64,000 nucleotides of DNA from Neoconidiobolus thromboides FSU 785 (Eukaryota > Fungi > Entomophthoromycota). The stretch lies in NCBI GenBank assembly GCA_025603075.1, contig MU626310.1, forward strand, positions 53,038 to 117,037. Reading direction: 5' to 3'. The notes beneath the pieces are model-generated. The model saw only the letters and a list, made by a program, of their open reading frames with translations. It was not told where the DNA came from and ran no database searches. Below, piece after piece: positions 38,042-51,770 of this stretch (position 1 is the first letter of the stretch; each line of letters starts with the position of its first letter). Both the position numbers and the translations under genes were made by a program.

Positions 38042-40494
38042 AATTTATATTTAAATAAGTATTAAATTCAAAAAAGACAAATTAAGTTAGTAAAATAGAC
38101 AAGTAGAGAAGGATATTAAAAACAACTAAATAATAAATTGTTTAGTTGAAGTAAAATAAAATTCGAAAAGTAATATTAAGTCTTTTATATAGTTTTTCTA
38201 CTAAATTTTTTAACTTATTTTAAAATTTTGTTTTTTCACTATAAATGGCTATCCACATTTAAGTTGAGTGTTTCCTATTAGGAATAAATTAAGTGTGAGT
38301 CTAGAAACAATTAATCCACTAAATGTGTAAAGGTTGTACAGTTTGATTGGTTTGGCGTTCCAGATATAGATTTTTATGCAATTAAAAGAGGGAGAAAAAA
38401 AAATAAGCCGGAGATATGTTTCAATTGATTGGCCTTCCTTTCAAATTCCATTTTTAACCTTGATCTTTCGATTTTACTTTTTAAAGTTCCTGGCATGAAA
38501 TTTATTCTTAGCACCTAAATATAAATTGTATTATTAAAAAATTTATTAACTTTATGTAGAATTAATAAATGTTATAACTTAACATAAAAAATATATTAAA
38601 TGTAATTAATGACATCCACTTAAAATTAACATAGATTTTATAAGTGCAATTTTTGAAACATATCAATGCCAGAAGTGACGATATTATAAATGTATCTACA
38701 CACATTTCTTATATACTTGGCATGTTTAAAGCTGGTTTCATTTTTAAAATTATCATTGTCATTAACCCGTGATTTTGGTAAAATCGAAAACTTTAGTAGC
38801 ATATTATAAAAACGTTTTGTAACTGTAGCTCGAATGATAATTTAGCCAAGTATTGTTCATCTTTATTATTGACAAAGAATTAAATATAGGAAATGACCTA
38901 GTAAATTTATACAGAATTTGAAACATTTTAACTTAGTTTATCTCCACCGCTTTGTTTTCAAATGTAAATCATTGTTTCTTACTCCAGCTTCTGCCTAGCT
39001 TTAATAGCTTGAATAAATAACTTGAATTACAATAAAATTCTCAAAGAGTATTCGTTTTAAGCATATTCGTCTCTGTATGATATAAAATTCAAGGATACTA
39101 TCAAAAGTATAGCAGCTTCTTATATTTATTAAAATAATGATAAAATCTAATATATGGTTTGTCATTTTAATTTTTTATTCTATATGATCTGATTAATTTC
39201 GTAATAAAAGCCAAACTGTTCTAAAGAATAAATGGTTACCTCCAGTTCTTAGAAAGCAATTCCATTTTTTCTCCTCACTTTTTAATAAAAGGTTCTTAGA
39301 ATTACAACCTTTATTATTGGTTCTATTGAAATTATACTGGCTTCAAGTAGACTCAGTTTTGAATTTAATTTGACAAGCTTTTTGTTGTAATAATGGAATT
39401 AATTAATGCTTGAAACTATAAATAGTTCTGTAAAGTTGAATATTCATGACAACAACATCCTAGGTCATAATTATAACCCGTGTAGTTCTCATATTAATTT
39501 CCCGACAATCTATTGGCCTAAACCAATGTATATTTTTAGTAGGATTAAACATTCGCACTTTAAAGGAGAATTCATACTTTTATTAATAAAAATAAAAGAT
39601 AGTATAACGTAAAAGTTAATTTAGGAAGGTTGTTAATGTATTATACTTGTTTGTTCACTTTCCGTTTATTGAATTAAAATAAGTGGATAAAAAATACCCA
39701 ACTTATCTACTTTAAGCCCAAAAATAAAGGTTCTAAAAAATTCTATTAATTTTAAAATTGGCCGATTAGAAAAAGTGATTGCTTAGATAATTTAAGGAGT
39801 TGTAAAGAACAAAGTACTTAATTATTCCCTGAAAAGATTCAAATTTATGAAAGAGCATAAATTTTTATTATAATTTATATGAAATGTGGATTTTTCGGTT
39901 CGAAAAAATGCATATTTAGAACTTTAGAACTCTAAAAAGACGTTTAATAACTGTATTATTATAAAAATCATTAAGAGGTGCTAAATAGTTGCGATGTATT
40001 TGAGAAGATTAAGTTATACGATTTAAAAGTATGTTTTTATTTTTATCAACTGATTCATCCCTTGATATTTAATTTATATTTGAACTATTCAATTTTGCCT
40101 ATCCTGAAAGAGTTTTTTATTGAAATTTTTCAAAGCGGAACAAATTTGACTTAAATTAAAAATAAGTTATGTATACACTCTCATCTTGATAAAATGCCTT
40201 CAAAGATATTATTAAAAAAATATTAATTTTTAATGAATTTTCACCTTAAAAGGCTGTTTATTAAACTGACTTTGAATTTGCACACATAAAACATTCACTT
40301 TATAATTAAATCAATAGCATCCCCTTTATTAAAACATTTATTAAAAACAACCTATTCATAAAAAAATGTCTTTTTAAACAGGTTATTATATTAAAATATT
40401 GTTTTAAAATATTTGATTTCAAAACTTTAATAACAGATTATATTAGACTGTAGTTCTTGATTCTTAAGTGATTTTAAATCCCTTAGTAGTTTTA

Positions 40495-40588
40495 TGTGGA
40501 CGTTTTTTTGGTTTCGTTACTTTTTCCATTTCTTAAGCGCTGTTTGAGTGGAAAAACTACCACTAAAATTCAAAAAAATACATTCCCA
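40495..40588 (-). mobile_element. MITE-like copy 15
   Basis: TA|TGTGGACG...CATTCCCA|TA. Confidence 0.7.
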
Positions 40589-41236
40589 TATGCTATTAAG
40601 ATTTGTAGTAAAAAATGTCGAGTATAAAGATTGAAAATGTTTATAAATAGAATACCGTTATGATGGATGAAAGTATCTTTATTAATATAACTAACACTAT
40701 TTAATAAATTAACTTTGTTTTTATTCTTGAAAAACAATTAAGAATACTTTTTACATTAGATTAAAAGTATTCTTATTTCAATTTTTATCTATTTTAATAA
40801 CAATACAAAAATATAATTTGGATAAACTTAAACCCTAGGCTCAATGTTTTCCCAATTTTTGTATATCACTAAAGTATAATTACGAATAAGCAATATGAAA
40901 ATGAAAGGGTTGTTTTCAGTGTTTAAAAGATCAATAAAACAACTAAAAATTATTCTAGAAAACTGATTCAGATTTAATAAAATATAAATTTATTTTTTTC
41001 TTTATATCCTGTTGACTACTTGTCTTTTGATAATTTCTAGAAATATATACGTTGAAGCTTAGTTTATTGATTTAAAAAAAAAGTGATTTCAATTAATTGT
41101 CAATATTGTTCTAGATTTCAAAAACTATAAAGTAAAGCTTATAATTTTAATCCTTAAATTTATGAAAAGCAATAGTAAGTATAGTATAATTAAACATTTA
41201 ACGTATGTTTTTCAAATTTAGAATTTAAACAATATA

Positions 41237-41334
41237 CGGGGGTGTTTTTTTTGACTTCACTTTTTCCATTCTTTAAGCACTATCTGAGTGGAAAAATTGT
41301 TAATAAAATTCTTAAACAAAAAAATACATCCCCA
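41237..41334 (-). mobile_element. MITE-like copy 16
   Basis: TA|CGGGGGTG...CATCCCCA|TA. Confidence 0.75.
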
Positions 41335-41671
41335 TATAATAACAACTTTTGCTTTCATTGTTAATAAGGTATAAATATTACAAAACAAATATCATTTTTA
41401 AGTAGTGTAATGCTATTGCATTTTATAAATTAAACAGTCATATAATTGAGAATTTTTCTACTTAATATTAATAACAATGTTCAAAAACAGGAAAAATAAG
41501 CAGAATAAAAACGCCTGTTAGCCTTATTAAATAGTACCTTTTATTTGGCTTGATAAGCAAGGTAAAATATAATTTTAAGCATAAATCAATGAAGCGATGT
41601 CTATTTTGAAAGCAAAAAACAAAAGTACATTTAGTGGAAAAGCTTGACTTGAAAAAAATATGCTAAAAATC

Positions 41672-44600
41672 CTATTCTATGTCATCTTCCATAAAAGTAG
41701 ACTCCGATTCATAGTCATCTTCTTCTGTTTCTTCTTCGTTCTCATCATAATCCACCTTTTTCCTACATTTCTTTAAATCTAACTCGAACTCATCAATGAT
41801 TACTTTGCCTTCAGTTTTTTGCCATGTTTGGTGTCTAGCCTATTAAAAATTAATATCTAATTATGACATTATATCAAATAAAACTACCTTAGTAACAATA
41901 TCTGTCAAATGCTTATAGAATGTATTGTCCAAAACTTTATCTTGATATAAGGGAAAATGTTCAACAAGCTTTTTAAATGTCTTTTCAGATTTATACGGTA
42001 TCAGTGTTAGACAATAGCCGAGGTCACACCACTGTCCCTTGTCCTCCAAATGCCTAAGTCTTTGACATAATTTATCAACTACGTTTTCGCATTGTCTATC
42101 TTTATCCTAAAACAAAACATAAATATTCATATAAACTAGACACCTAAAATGAAGCTACTTTAATAAAATCAAACAAAAACCTCATGATGCTTCTAAAATC
42201 TTCTTTTGATAAGTTGCTTCTACCTTCAGGTTTTGTTAAATGAGATAAAATGTCTGGAAGATTGTTATAAATTGCATTGTCCTTTGTCGCTAACTCAGTA
42301 AAAAATAACTTTGATAAATTTGATATTCTAATATCCTTATCCACGATACATTTCGCCATTTCTCCAATCTGTCCTTTTACTTTAACCATTCCATTAAGTA
42401 TAAGGTGCGTTAATACCATTAATGAATTTTTTTTGACTGATGGTTCATTGTCCTTTAATCTTTTATACATATACTCCATATTTTCTCCCATCAATGAATT
42501 GAAGCATGTAGCTATGTCTCCTAATGCAATCATTATATTACTACGGACAATAGGGTCACTACTATTCTCAAGAATAGCTAAAAGAAGTGTAAGGTGGTTA
42601 TCACAAAACTCGGAGCTGATACACATGAGTTTTGCTAAAGATAAAGTCGAAACAATTTGTAGCATTTTATCCTAAAAATAATTAGAGTATATCGAAATAA
42701 AGAGGAACTACTTACGTCATAAACCTTATTATTTGAGCATATATTTACTATCATATCACCATATAATCTAAGTAAGCTTAAAGAATCAAATAGTAGCCCC
42801 CTTTCCCTTACCCTATGAAAAAACTCTGTAAGCTCATCTTCAACCGTAGAAGCTACGTTTTCTAAATCCATCTCACTTTGATCAGCTAATTATGGTTTAA
42901 TCAAAGCAAATAAAAATATATCTGAAATTTACCCTTTTGGTTACTTTTTATATGCTTTTGTTCAATTTCTACTTCTTCTAAAAATACTATCTGCTTGATA
43001 GCAATGTGCCCTACTAAAAATATTAACTGAGATAAAGGCCATGGATCCGATTTATTTTCTTTATCTTCCATAGCTATTGATCGCTTTATTTCAAGTGTTT
43101 TATTTTTGACAATTGATTGACATAATTTATCTGGACGTTGAGCCAAATCGTACATTGTATTTATAACCTGTTCTGCCATATCAAACCTAATAAATACATA
43201 TATTAACATTAGAAAATAAGCAATATTTTAATATACCAATGATAATCCTCCGTCTTTATTTCTAATAAATCTTTAAGTTTCTCAAAAATAGATTCTGTGA
43301 TAGCCAGCCTTTTATTTACTGCAACAACGCCTAAGCATATTGATTTAAATTTTACACTTTATTCTTAATTATTATCATTTACCTTTAACTTTCTTCCCTT
43401 TTGCTCCACCAATGCATTGTAACGCTATGCAGCTGTATTTAGCAACTATGAAATCATCCTAAGATTGTTAAATGAGAAATTAATATGGTAAATAATAGCT
43501 ACTTTTCCAATATCACCAAGTCCTATTTTTATTAATAAATCGACTCTCTCTTTGATAACTTCATGATTAGCTTTCCCAATCATGCTTAACAAAATGATAG
43601 CTCCTCTCCTTAATGTTATTGGTTGATCGGTTTTGCTATATGCTATGTAAATCATTTAATAATAAAGTTTAAACCCTATGAAAAAACATTACAATAAATC
43701 AACCAAAGCTTTTCAATCAAATCTGAAGAAAAGCGCCCGTCGATTGTTAAAAGACGAACCAATTCCTCTAAAGAAACCAAATCAGCCATCTTTGCACTTT
43801 GAGTTAAGCTAAGTAATATAAAGCAGGTTATAAAATAATAGCATATCAAATAATAAAAATTACTCTATCAAATTCTTAGCTATTAAATTGATCCTTTCTC
43901 TTTCATTAGATGCTGTAGGTACAGTAAAATAAAGGTTATAAAAATTCTCTTTAACTTTTGCTATTGTCCCCTTATTTTCATCCGAATTTTCTTTAGTCCA
44001 AACTAAATGAATCATATTTCTAATTCCTTCCTAAATAAAACCTTAGGAATTGTATATATTAATAAGCAATAAGACTTACTTCTGCTTCTTTAAGCTTATA
44101 ATGATATGCTTCAACAAAAAAATCCATTGCATCAATGGCTTCTAATTTATGAGTGGAAGCTAAAAGTTGTGATAGTGAGCTAAAACTACCCATCAGTTGT
44201 TTCACAAAAAATACGGCATCTTCATAGTAGCGCTGTTTCATTTTTAGTTGTAAGAATTTATTGGTCATTTCTGGGTTACCATTATCTAGCATTTCCATCT
44301 CAGTTGAGTCATTCCCTTCAAATTTTTCTTCTTCAGTAGAGTCTTCGTTTCTTATTTTAAATTGTATTTGATTACTCATATTATGATCATTCTTATAAAA
44401 TCATAAAATCATAAAATTATTATTTATAAACTGTAAACTATGATTACCTCTTCTTTATGTTCATTATGTGAATTCAAATCTTGAGGTAGCTCTTCTCCTT
44501 TAGCCATAAGTAAACTCATATTTTGAGCAACCTTTTGCAACTCCTAACCATATAGTTATTAGTCATGGTTATTTGTTATTCAATTTTACTAATACTTGTA

Positions 44601-46313
44601 ATTCTTCCATGATTCCATTATATTTCCTTTCTAATAACTCGTATGAGAGCGAACCACCATCAATTAAAAATGGATGTGATTTCATAAATTTAGTAAGGGT
44701 TTTGATAGCATTCTTTCGGACAATAACGCTTTTATCTTCTAATCTTCCAATAGTTAAATGAATAAGGCGTGGTCTTCTTTTAGGAAATTTTGCCTTTAAT
44801 CTAAGAAATGGGACTCTGGTTAGCTAAAATTAAAGATGGGACTAGCTTATTTTACTCTGTTATTCTCCCACAAACTTGTAAAACTTTACTTCGAACAAGA
44901 TAATGGTTGTCTTTGAATCTCTCTTCTAAAATATCAAAATAACGATCAACCATTGATTCATTATTCTCTCCTCTACCCTCTTTTTCAATCTCGTTCACCA
45001 TTTCAATAATTAGAATCCCTACAACTTCAATGATGGCAGATCGTATATGATAGCACTATTTTTTGTTTAATAGTTCACTTTATAAACAAAAGTACTTTAC
45101 CTCACTGTCAAGCTGTTTAATTAAAATGCCAATGTATTTATTTACAGTTTTAGGACAAAGTTCGCAAAATCTGACCAAAAACGAAGAATATGATTTTGGC
45201 CCATATTTATCCTTGATTGTGAATTCTTTTTTTGACATATCGCTATATTATAGAATCCTGTAAGTTCGTTTTACTTTCTTTCAAAAAAATGAATACCTTA
45301 AAACTTCTTCAGCTAATCTAGTATAGTCATATTCATTCACCATCATTTCAAGTAACTCAGCTATAGGATCATGTAAATTTTCAAAATATTGTAAAGTTTG
45401 GGAAACAAAGGTTTGTGTTGTTAAATTATGATTGTAATCTTTTGCACATATCGCTATTATATGATAGGATTTAATGCGTGTTGTCTGATTCTTTAAGTTG
45501 TCAGTTGACTGCAAAATTGAAAACATACTTTTTACAAACCCCCTAAAAATAGTTTGTTTATTAATATAAAAACAAAAACATATATCTTTACCTTGTGATC
45601 GTTTCAACTTGATAATTGGAAGAAAATACTTTTTTTAAAGGTAACGTTGCAATCTTATAGACGATCTCAAACAATCTACCTTGTTTTCTCAACCAATCCC
45701 AAGAGTGAGACTGTTGACGTTGGTTCCTATTTCCTCTAGAATTCTATTTATCAGTACTTTTAGAGTCGTGATTTATTTGTACTCGATTACTTACCATTGC
45801 TTTGGTACTTTTTTCAGTTTCTTGTTTTGATTCAGCATAATTGATTATAATATATAATAAAAACGAATATAGGTTTAACGCTGTCAATTCTTCTTTTTGA
45901 ACTAAAACTCCGTTTTTTAAACTATCTTCAATCGATTTTATTAAGTCCTGTGCTCCTAAAAATATTAATTCAAATTAATTATTCATAACTCGATTTTTAA
46001 ATTTTTTTACCAGACAATATCATATCAAAAGCACGATCCATAATTGCTGGAGATACAATCAATAAATTCCTAAAGTTGATTTAGCGATGTCCTTTAATTT
46101 AATTTAATTTTACTTTATGATACTACGTAATCCATCGAATATCTTAGAGCTGGCTATTTTTAAATAATCTGAACTTAACTTGTCAGTTGCTTTATTTATA
46201 AACTCCAATAACTCTTGCTTAGATGAGTTTTCAATGTCAATCTCTTCCTCAATCACCATGCTCTTCTCATCAAATTTGATTAGCTCATCTCCCAAATTGA
46301 AATCTGTATACAT
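41672..46313 (-). CDS. YCS4: Condensin I HEAT subunit Ycs4/Cnd1/NCAPD2, multi-exon
   Basis: LAKLMCISSEFC, DPIVRSNIMIALGD, LTHLILNGMVKVKGQIGEMAKC, FFTELATKDNAIYNNLPD; acidic C-terminus. Confidence 0.92.
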
Positions 46314-46804
46314 CGTTTATTTTTATAAATGAAAGAAAGTAATTTTGTTGCTTTTAATCCTCCCTGAAATATAAACCAATCAAATATAAACTCTTTGTAT
46401 GAACCGAAATAAAGCTGCTTTTCAGTCTTGAAAATAAAATTAACATTATTTGAGATAATGTGAATTTTTATAGTAAATATATTTTAAATTTTATTATTGG
46501 TTTAAGCCGTAAATAGGTACAAGGAAGGTACTATTCTAATTAAAATGAATTATTTATTTCAAGGAGATTTATATATTGATAAAAGTAATAAATGTTTATC
46601 TATGTATGGATCTCAGACTTAAAAATTATTTACATTAAATTTCAATCTTCAAAGCTCTGTTTTATATTTCATAATCAAATAAATGAGGCAATAAGAAATA
46701 AACCACTTATTTATATTAAAAACTTTTATTTAAAAAAATAAAAAGTAAAATGGCTACATTTAATTGAAGAGTTTGATTCACACCTTCTTTATCACAAATT
46801 AAGT

Positions 46805-48343
46805 TTAAGCTGCTGGTTCAACTTCTTTTGGAACCTCGTTTTCTTTTCCATTTTCTACATTTAAGCCATGTTTAGCTTTAAGTTCTTCAATCTTTTCTTG
46901 AGCTCTCTTTCTCTTTTCGATTGATGCCTTTTCTTGATTAAGTTTGAAGAACTCAATCTTCTTTTGTATAGCAGTTAAAAGATCTGGAACTCCAGTAGAG
47001 GAAGTTGGGATAGGAAGTTTAAGGGATGAAAGGGCGTCCATGATTGATAATGGGATGGTAAATGCAGCAGGTTTTGAGCTGGCTTTTGAGCTAGGCTTCT
47101 TTGAGCTCTTTTTGACTTTGTTTCCCATGAAAAAGACATCATCACGGTCTGACTTCTTAACTAAAGCGGTACCTTGAGGTTGATTGGAAGCATCGACTTG
47201 TCTAGCAGTGCTTACGTTTTGTGGTTCAGCCTTTGGAGATTCAGCTTTACCATTGGTCTCAGATGAGCCTAATATACGGTGGAAATAAGATAATAAAGTT
47301 CCACATTGGGCAATTTCGGTTTCAAAAGCAGGCAACTCTGCAAGAGCAAGTTCTTCTTTAATAAGTTCTTCAATCCTTTCTTTTTCTTCTTGTTGTCTAC
47401 GAGCTTCATTGACCTCTTGGCGTCTTTTAGTTTCTTCTCTCTTCCAATTATAAAATTCATCATTTGCTTTTTTATGATTTCCAATGATTTCGCGACGTTT
47501 TTCATATTGCTCATCAATTTTTTTGCGAATCTCGTCTCTTTTTTCAAAGAGTTTGCTCTTTTTGGTCCATTCTTCATTGTTTGAAAGATTGAGTTCGTCT
47601 AATTTAGCCTTGATTTCATCGTATTCAGCATTAATGGCTTTGGATTTGGCTTCATCAATCCCAGATCTAATAGCATCTAATTTTTGACGATCTTCTTCAA
47701 GAGAATCTTCTATATCCATGATAATATCAAAAGATTTCTTACTTTTTTTAAGTTGGGATATTTCAGACAAGATTTTCTTTTCTTCGATGACCTTCAACTT
47801 CCCACTCTCAACCTTTCTCTCTTGTTTTCTTTAAAAAATATAAGCACCTAATAAAACAACACAGATAAATGACTTACGATATATATTCTTCAAGCTCAGC
47901 CAAGGATCTAAAGCTATTCTTAGATTGTAAAGCTTTTAAGTCACTAATCTAAATAAAAGATTAGTATTTTTTTAAATAAACAATATGTTTCTTACTTTCT
48001 TCTTAATAGAATTTTGCAAAAGGTTAATGTCCTCTTGCTTTGATTGACGAGCTTTCTTTAAGGAAGCTTGTTGGTCTCTAAGATTAGAAAGGTTTTTACG
48101 TAATTCAGTACGAGGATCGTCACTTTTTCCTTTTCCTTTATCGAATGCATTGATTTCTTTACTTACTAACTCCTTTAATAAAGTTTAAATACAATAAAAA
48201 TGGAAAAGTGAAACTATTACCAATTTTTCCTTTATTTTGGCTATTTCTTTATCTGTCTGGTCCAGACTATTTTTATAAGTGGCTTGGTCTGGTTTTTGAG
48301 GTGCTTTAGGGGCTTTAGCCTTAGGAGTTTGAACTGTTGTCAT
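46805..48343 (-). CDS. BFR1: Bfr1-like coiled-coil protein, multi-exon
   Basis: KPDQATYKNSL N-terminus, long coiled coil, EEKKILSEISQL, ELPAFETEIAQC and LIEFFKLNQ-type C-terminal pattern. Confidence 0.65.
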
Positions 48344-48939
48344 TTTATCGAATTTTAAAGTGAGTGAAGGACTTTTTCTTGGGATAGTTTGGTAATAAAT
48401 AGTTAAATATTTTGTGTGGTCATTTGATTCGCTACTCTTGTAACCAATTAAAGGTTACTAAATTTAGTAGCAAATAAAAAATTAAAGAATTTTAATAAAT
48501 TTGTGAATTTAACCATTTAATGTAATTAGTTGCCACTTGGAGTTTATATTTATTCAATGTTGAATAGTTACTTTTAGACAAATGCTTACGGTTTTAAATA
48601 TTATAATATGTAAGGGTATTGTTAATTAAATCTTGTTTTTTTTACAGGAAAATTCAAAATAACCGTTTTAGTTTTGAACAATTAGGAGTTGGCGTCTTCT
48701 CAGTAAAGTTTTATTTTAAATTAAAGTAAAAATTAACTATATTTTAAATATAACATTCTTGTTTCTGTACAAATATTTACTTCACAAACATATGCTAAAA
48801 TAAAGCAATTAACTATAAAAAGCTTTTAGATGTTATAAACAATAATTGTTTAATTTAAAGTCGCGATGACTTTATCTCAATCGAAACTTCTAGTTAATTT
48901 TCTAAAGTTTTATTTTAGGCTCACATTTATAATACCAAA

Positions 48940-49029
48940 TGAGGATGTTTTTTTCGGTTTCATTATCTTTCTATTTTGAGCACTATTTGAGCGGAAAGTT
49001 TAACAAAAATTTTAAAAAATACATCCCCA
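48940..49029 (-). mobile_element. MITE-like copy 17
   Basis: TGAGGATG...ACATCCCCA. Confidence 0.7.
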
Positions 49030-49526
49030 AATCATAATTTTCATTTTTCTTCAAACCTATTTTAAATGTTTTCCCCAAAATATATATCATTTTACTGTAT
49101 TAGCGCATTATTTGTTTAAATATAAATATAAGCATAGATTATTAGAAATTATTGGACCACTTTAAAAATATATAGTTTTAAAATCAATATGCTTATGTAA
49201 CGTTTTGTAGTTGTTTATTTCGTACTTTAGAATATAAATATGTTTTCATTTATGTTTTCAGGTTCAAATAAGACAAAATTCAAATTATTACTTTCTATAA
49301 TCAAATTTTCATATAGAACTAGATTTAAAGTATTTTGTTTATAGTTATGATTGTGAATGAGTTCAATTGAATCTCTGTACTTATGATTCAGTTTATTAGA
49401 AAGTTCGAAATTTTTTAAATGTAACCTTCTGATAGCGAATAAAAAGCATTTAGCTTATTAAAGTGTTCCTGTTCTTATAAATTTAAAGACTATAAAAATT
49501 AAAAAATTAGAATTAACACTTCAAAA

Positions 49527-50890
49527 ATGGTTTTTACAAATTTTACAAAACCAGTATACTTGGTGACTTTGTTTAAAGGAATCCAGATTTTTCGGTTATA
49601 TTAGAATTAGTTGGAACTGATGGTGAAATTAATAATAATGTATATTATGTCTCTGGTGGAACCCTTCAATCAAACTTTGAAGAGGAAGATCAATAGATCA
49701 CTAAAAAGGATTTGAATAGTGAAATTTATTATTTAAATACCAAAGGAACAATACAGTTAAATGACAGTCAAAATGCAAATTCGGAATTTGCCCCATTTGA
49801 ACATCATCTTCTAAATACTCTGTTTTCTCATAACACTATTAAAATTGAGAATGATTCAGAAAAGCCTTTAATCATAGACGGATTATTGATATCACTTGAG
49901 GATAGCGTAAAGATTTTTAATACCAAGGCTAATACTTGGAAAGCAGGTTGAAATCACAGCCAATTTATCAAAAATTTATACTAAATCAAATGATTCTCAA
50001 CTAAATTATGAGTTTATTAGAGTAAGCTTAACTCAAAATGATTTGAACTTAAATGAGTTAGTTTTATATGGAGGAAAGTACTATCCTACTAAAAGAAATG
50101 GATGTAAACTAAAGTGGTTTTTATTCCAAAGTAATGATTTGTAATATTAGTAATTGTAAATTGAGAATGGTTGGAGGACATGGTGAACATTAGATTAGTG
50201 GTCATAATGCAGTTATACACAATAGTAGTTTAGTGATATTTAGCAGCAAAGATAACCTCTTTCATAAATCTACTAAATTTAATATTGTTCCAAGTTTTAG
50301 CATTAAAGACAAACAGTGGTATGATTAAATAACAGCCGAGGAGTTTCCAGCTATAAGCTATGTACTTGTTTAACATTTAAATCACTAGTGCTACTCAATA
50401 CATAAACGAGATTTAAAACTTTTTTAAACCAATATACTGACAGTTTACTTCACATTTTAAATTTAAATACTTTTATTTATGAAGAGCATTCCGTTTCTAG
50501 ATTAACTAATGCTTGTTTTGATTATTTAGAATATCATGTCAAATATTTATTGTGTAATTTTAGGGCATACTTAGAGTACTGCTCAAAACTTAAATAGCTG
50601 GTTTAAATCATTTAATCTTAATATACAGATTGCCTCCAAAGAAGAAATGTAAGATCCAAAAACAAAAATCAAATATCTGTTATTGTTGGTGATTCAATTC
50701 GTGGGCTTTTAGTGCCTATTTTGTTGATTGTTTTGATACATTATATATATAAGAAATTTGTAAAATATCGTATTATAAAAAAACATCTTTACCTATTTCA
50801 GAGCCAACTAATGATATTGTAGGGATGCTTATTAATAACCAAAGTTTTCATTTGGGCATGATAGCCTTGAATTCAATGATACGAATTAAA
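49527..50890 (+). pseudogene. Decayed kelch-repeat, single-TM protein gene (copy A)
   Basis: Homologous along its length to 51771-53205 (YYVSGG, LVLYGGKYYP, KIFNTKANTWK, SGHNAVIHN); many stops and frameshifts. Confidence 0.65.
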
Positions 50891-50988
50891 TCGACGTTAC
50901 TAAAGGCATATATCTTTATGATTATTTTAAAAAATAACATCTCTAGCTCTTCTTTCTCCTTTAGGCTTACCAGTAGACCTTCAATATA

Positions 50989-51083
50989 TAGGGATGTATT
51001 TTTTATTTAGGAACCTTACTAACAATTTTTCCGCTCAAACAGCACTTAAATGGAAAAAGTAATGAAGTTAAAAAACATCCTCA
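50989..51083 (+). mobile_element. MITE-like copy 18
   Basis: TA|TAGGGATG...CATCCTCA|TA. Confidence 0.75.
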
Positions 51084-51087
51084 TATA

Positions 51088-51186
51088 TATATGTGTTTTT
51101 TTGGCTTCATCACTTTTTCTATCTTTTAAGCACTATTTGAGTGGAAAAATTGTTAGCAAAATTCTTGAATATAAAGTATACCTTCA
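51088..51186 (-). mobile_element. MITE-like copy 19
   Basis: Inverted partner of copy 18, separated by a short TA run; the terminal G-run is lost. Confidence 0.7.
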
Positions 51187-51226
51187 TATATTATAATAGT
51201 TTTATTGAAAAAAATAAGTCATAAAA

Positions 51227-51326
51227 TGGGAGTGTTTTTTTTGACTTCATTATTTTTTCCATTTTTTAAGCGCTATTTAAGTGGGAAATTTGTTAGTAAA
51301 ATTCTTAAACATAAAAATACATCCCA
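51227..51326 (-). mobile_element. MITE-like copy 20
   Basis: TGGGAGTG...CATCCCA; very similar to copies 3 and 10. Confidence 0.75.
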
Positions 51327-51770
51327 AATATTAAAAAGTTGAATTTTAACTTCACTGATTTTTTGTCTTATAGCATTTGGACTAAGTTTTAATGTTACTA
51401 TATCTATAGTTACATTTATAAGTGAATTCTCAATGCTCACAATGTAACTATTATTTAAATCATCTGTTAATATCTAAATAAAAATATTTGTAATGCTAAT
51501 TATTTTCAGTTGTAATGTCTCTATATTGGGATTCCTACTTACAGGTGGGGTTGTCCTACCTTTAAGGTTCATAATAAGGCCTTACTGGTGATAATTAATT
51601 ACCAAGTTCTAAATAAAGTAATGCGATATTCATCATAGAATCTTTAGTGCTATATAGATCCAAGAATTATTTTGTTTTTTTAGTAATAAAAATGGTTTTT
51701 AAATCATAAAGTAACAATTGAAAGTATAAAAGCAATATGAAAACAATAATATTAGAATTAACTTTATAAA

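Noticed and set aside
39380-39680. Possible decayed 7TM/GPCR-like gene on - (INFYVILSFIFINKSMNSPLKCECLILLKIY)
   Set aside because: Hydrophobic translations arise readily from AT-rich DNA, and no diagnostic motif was found.
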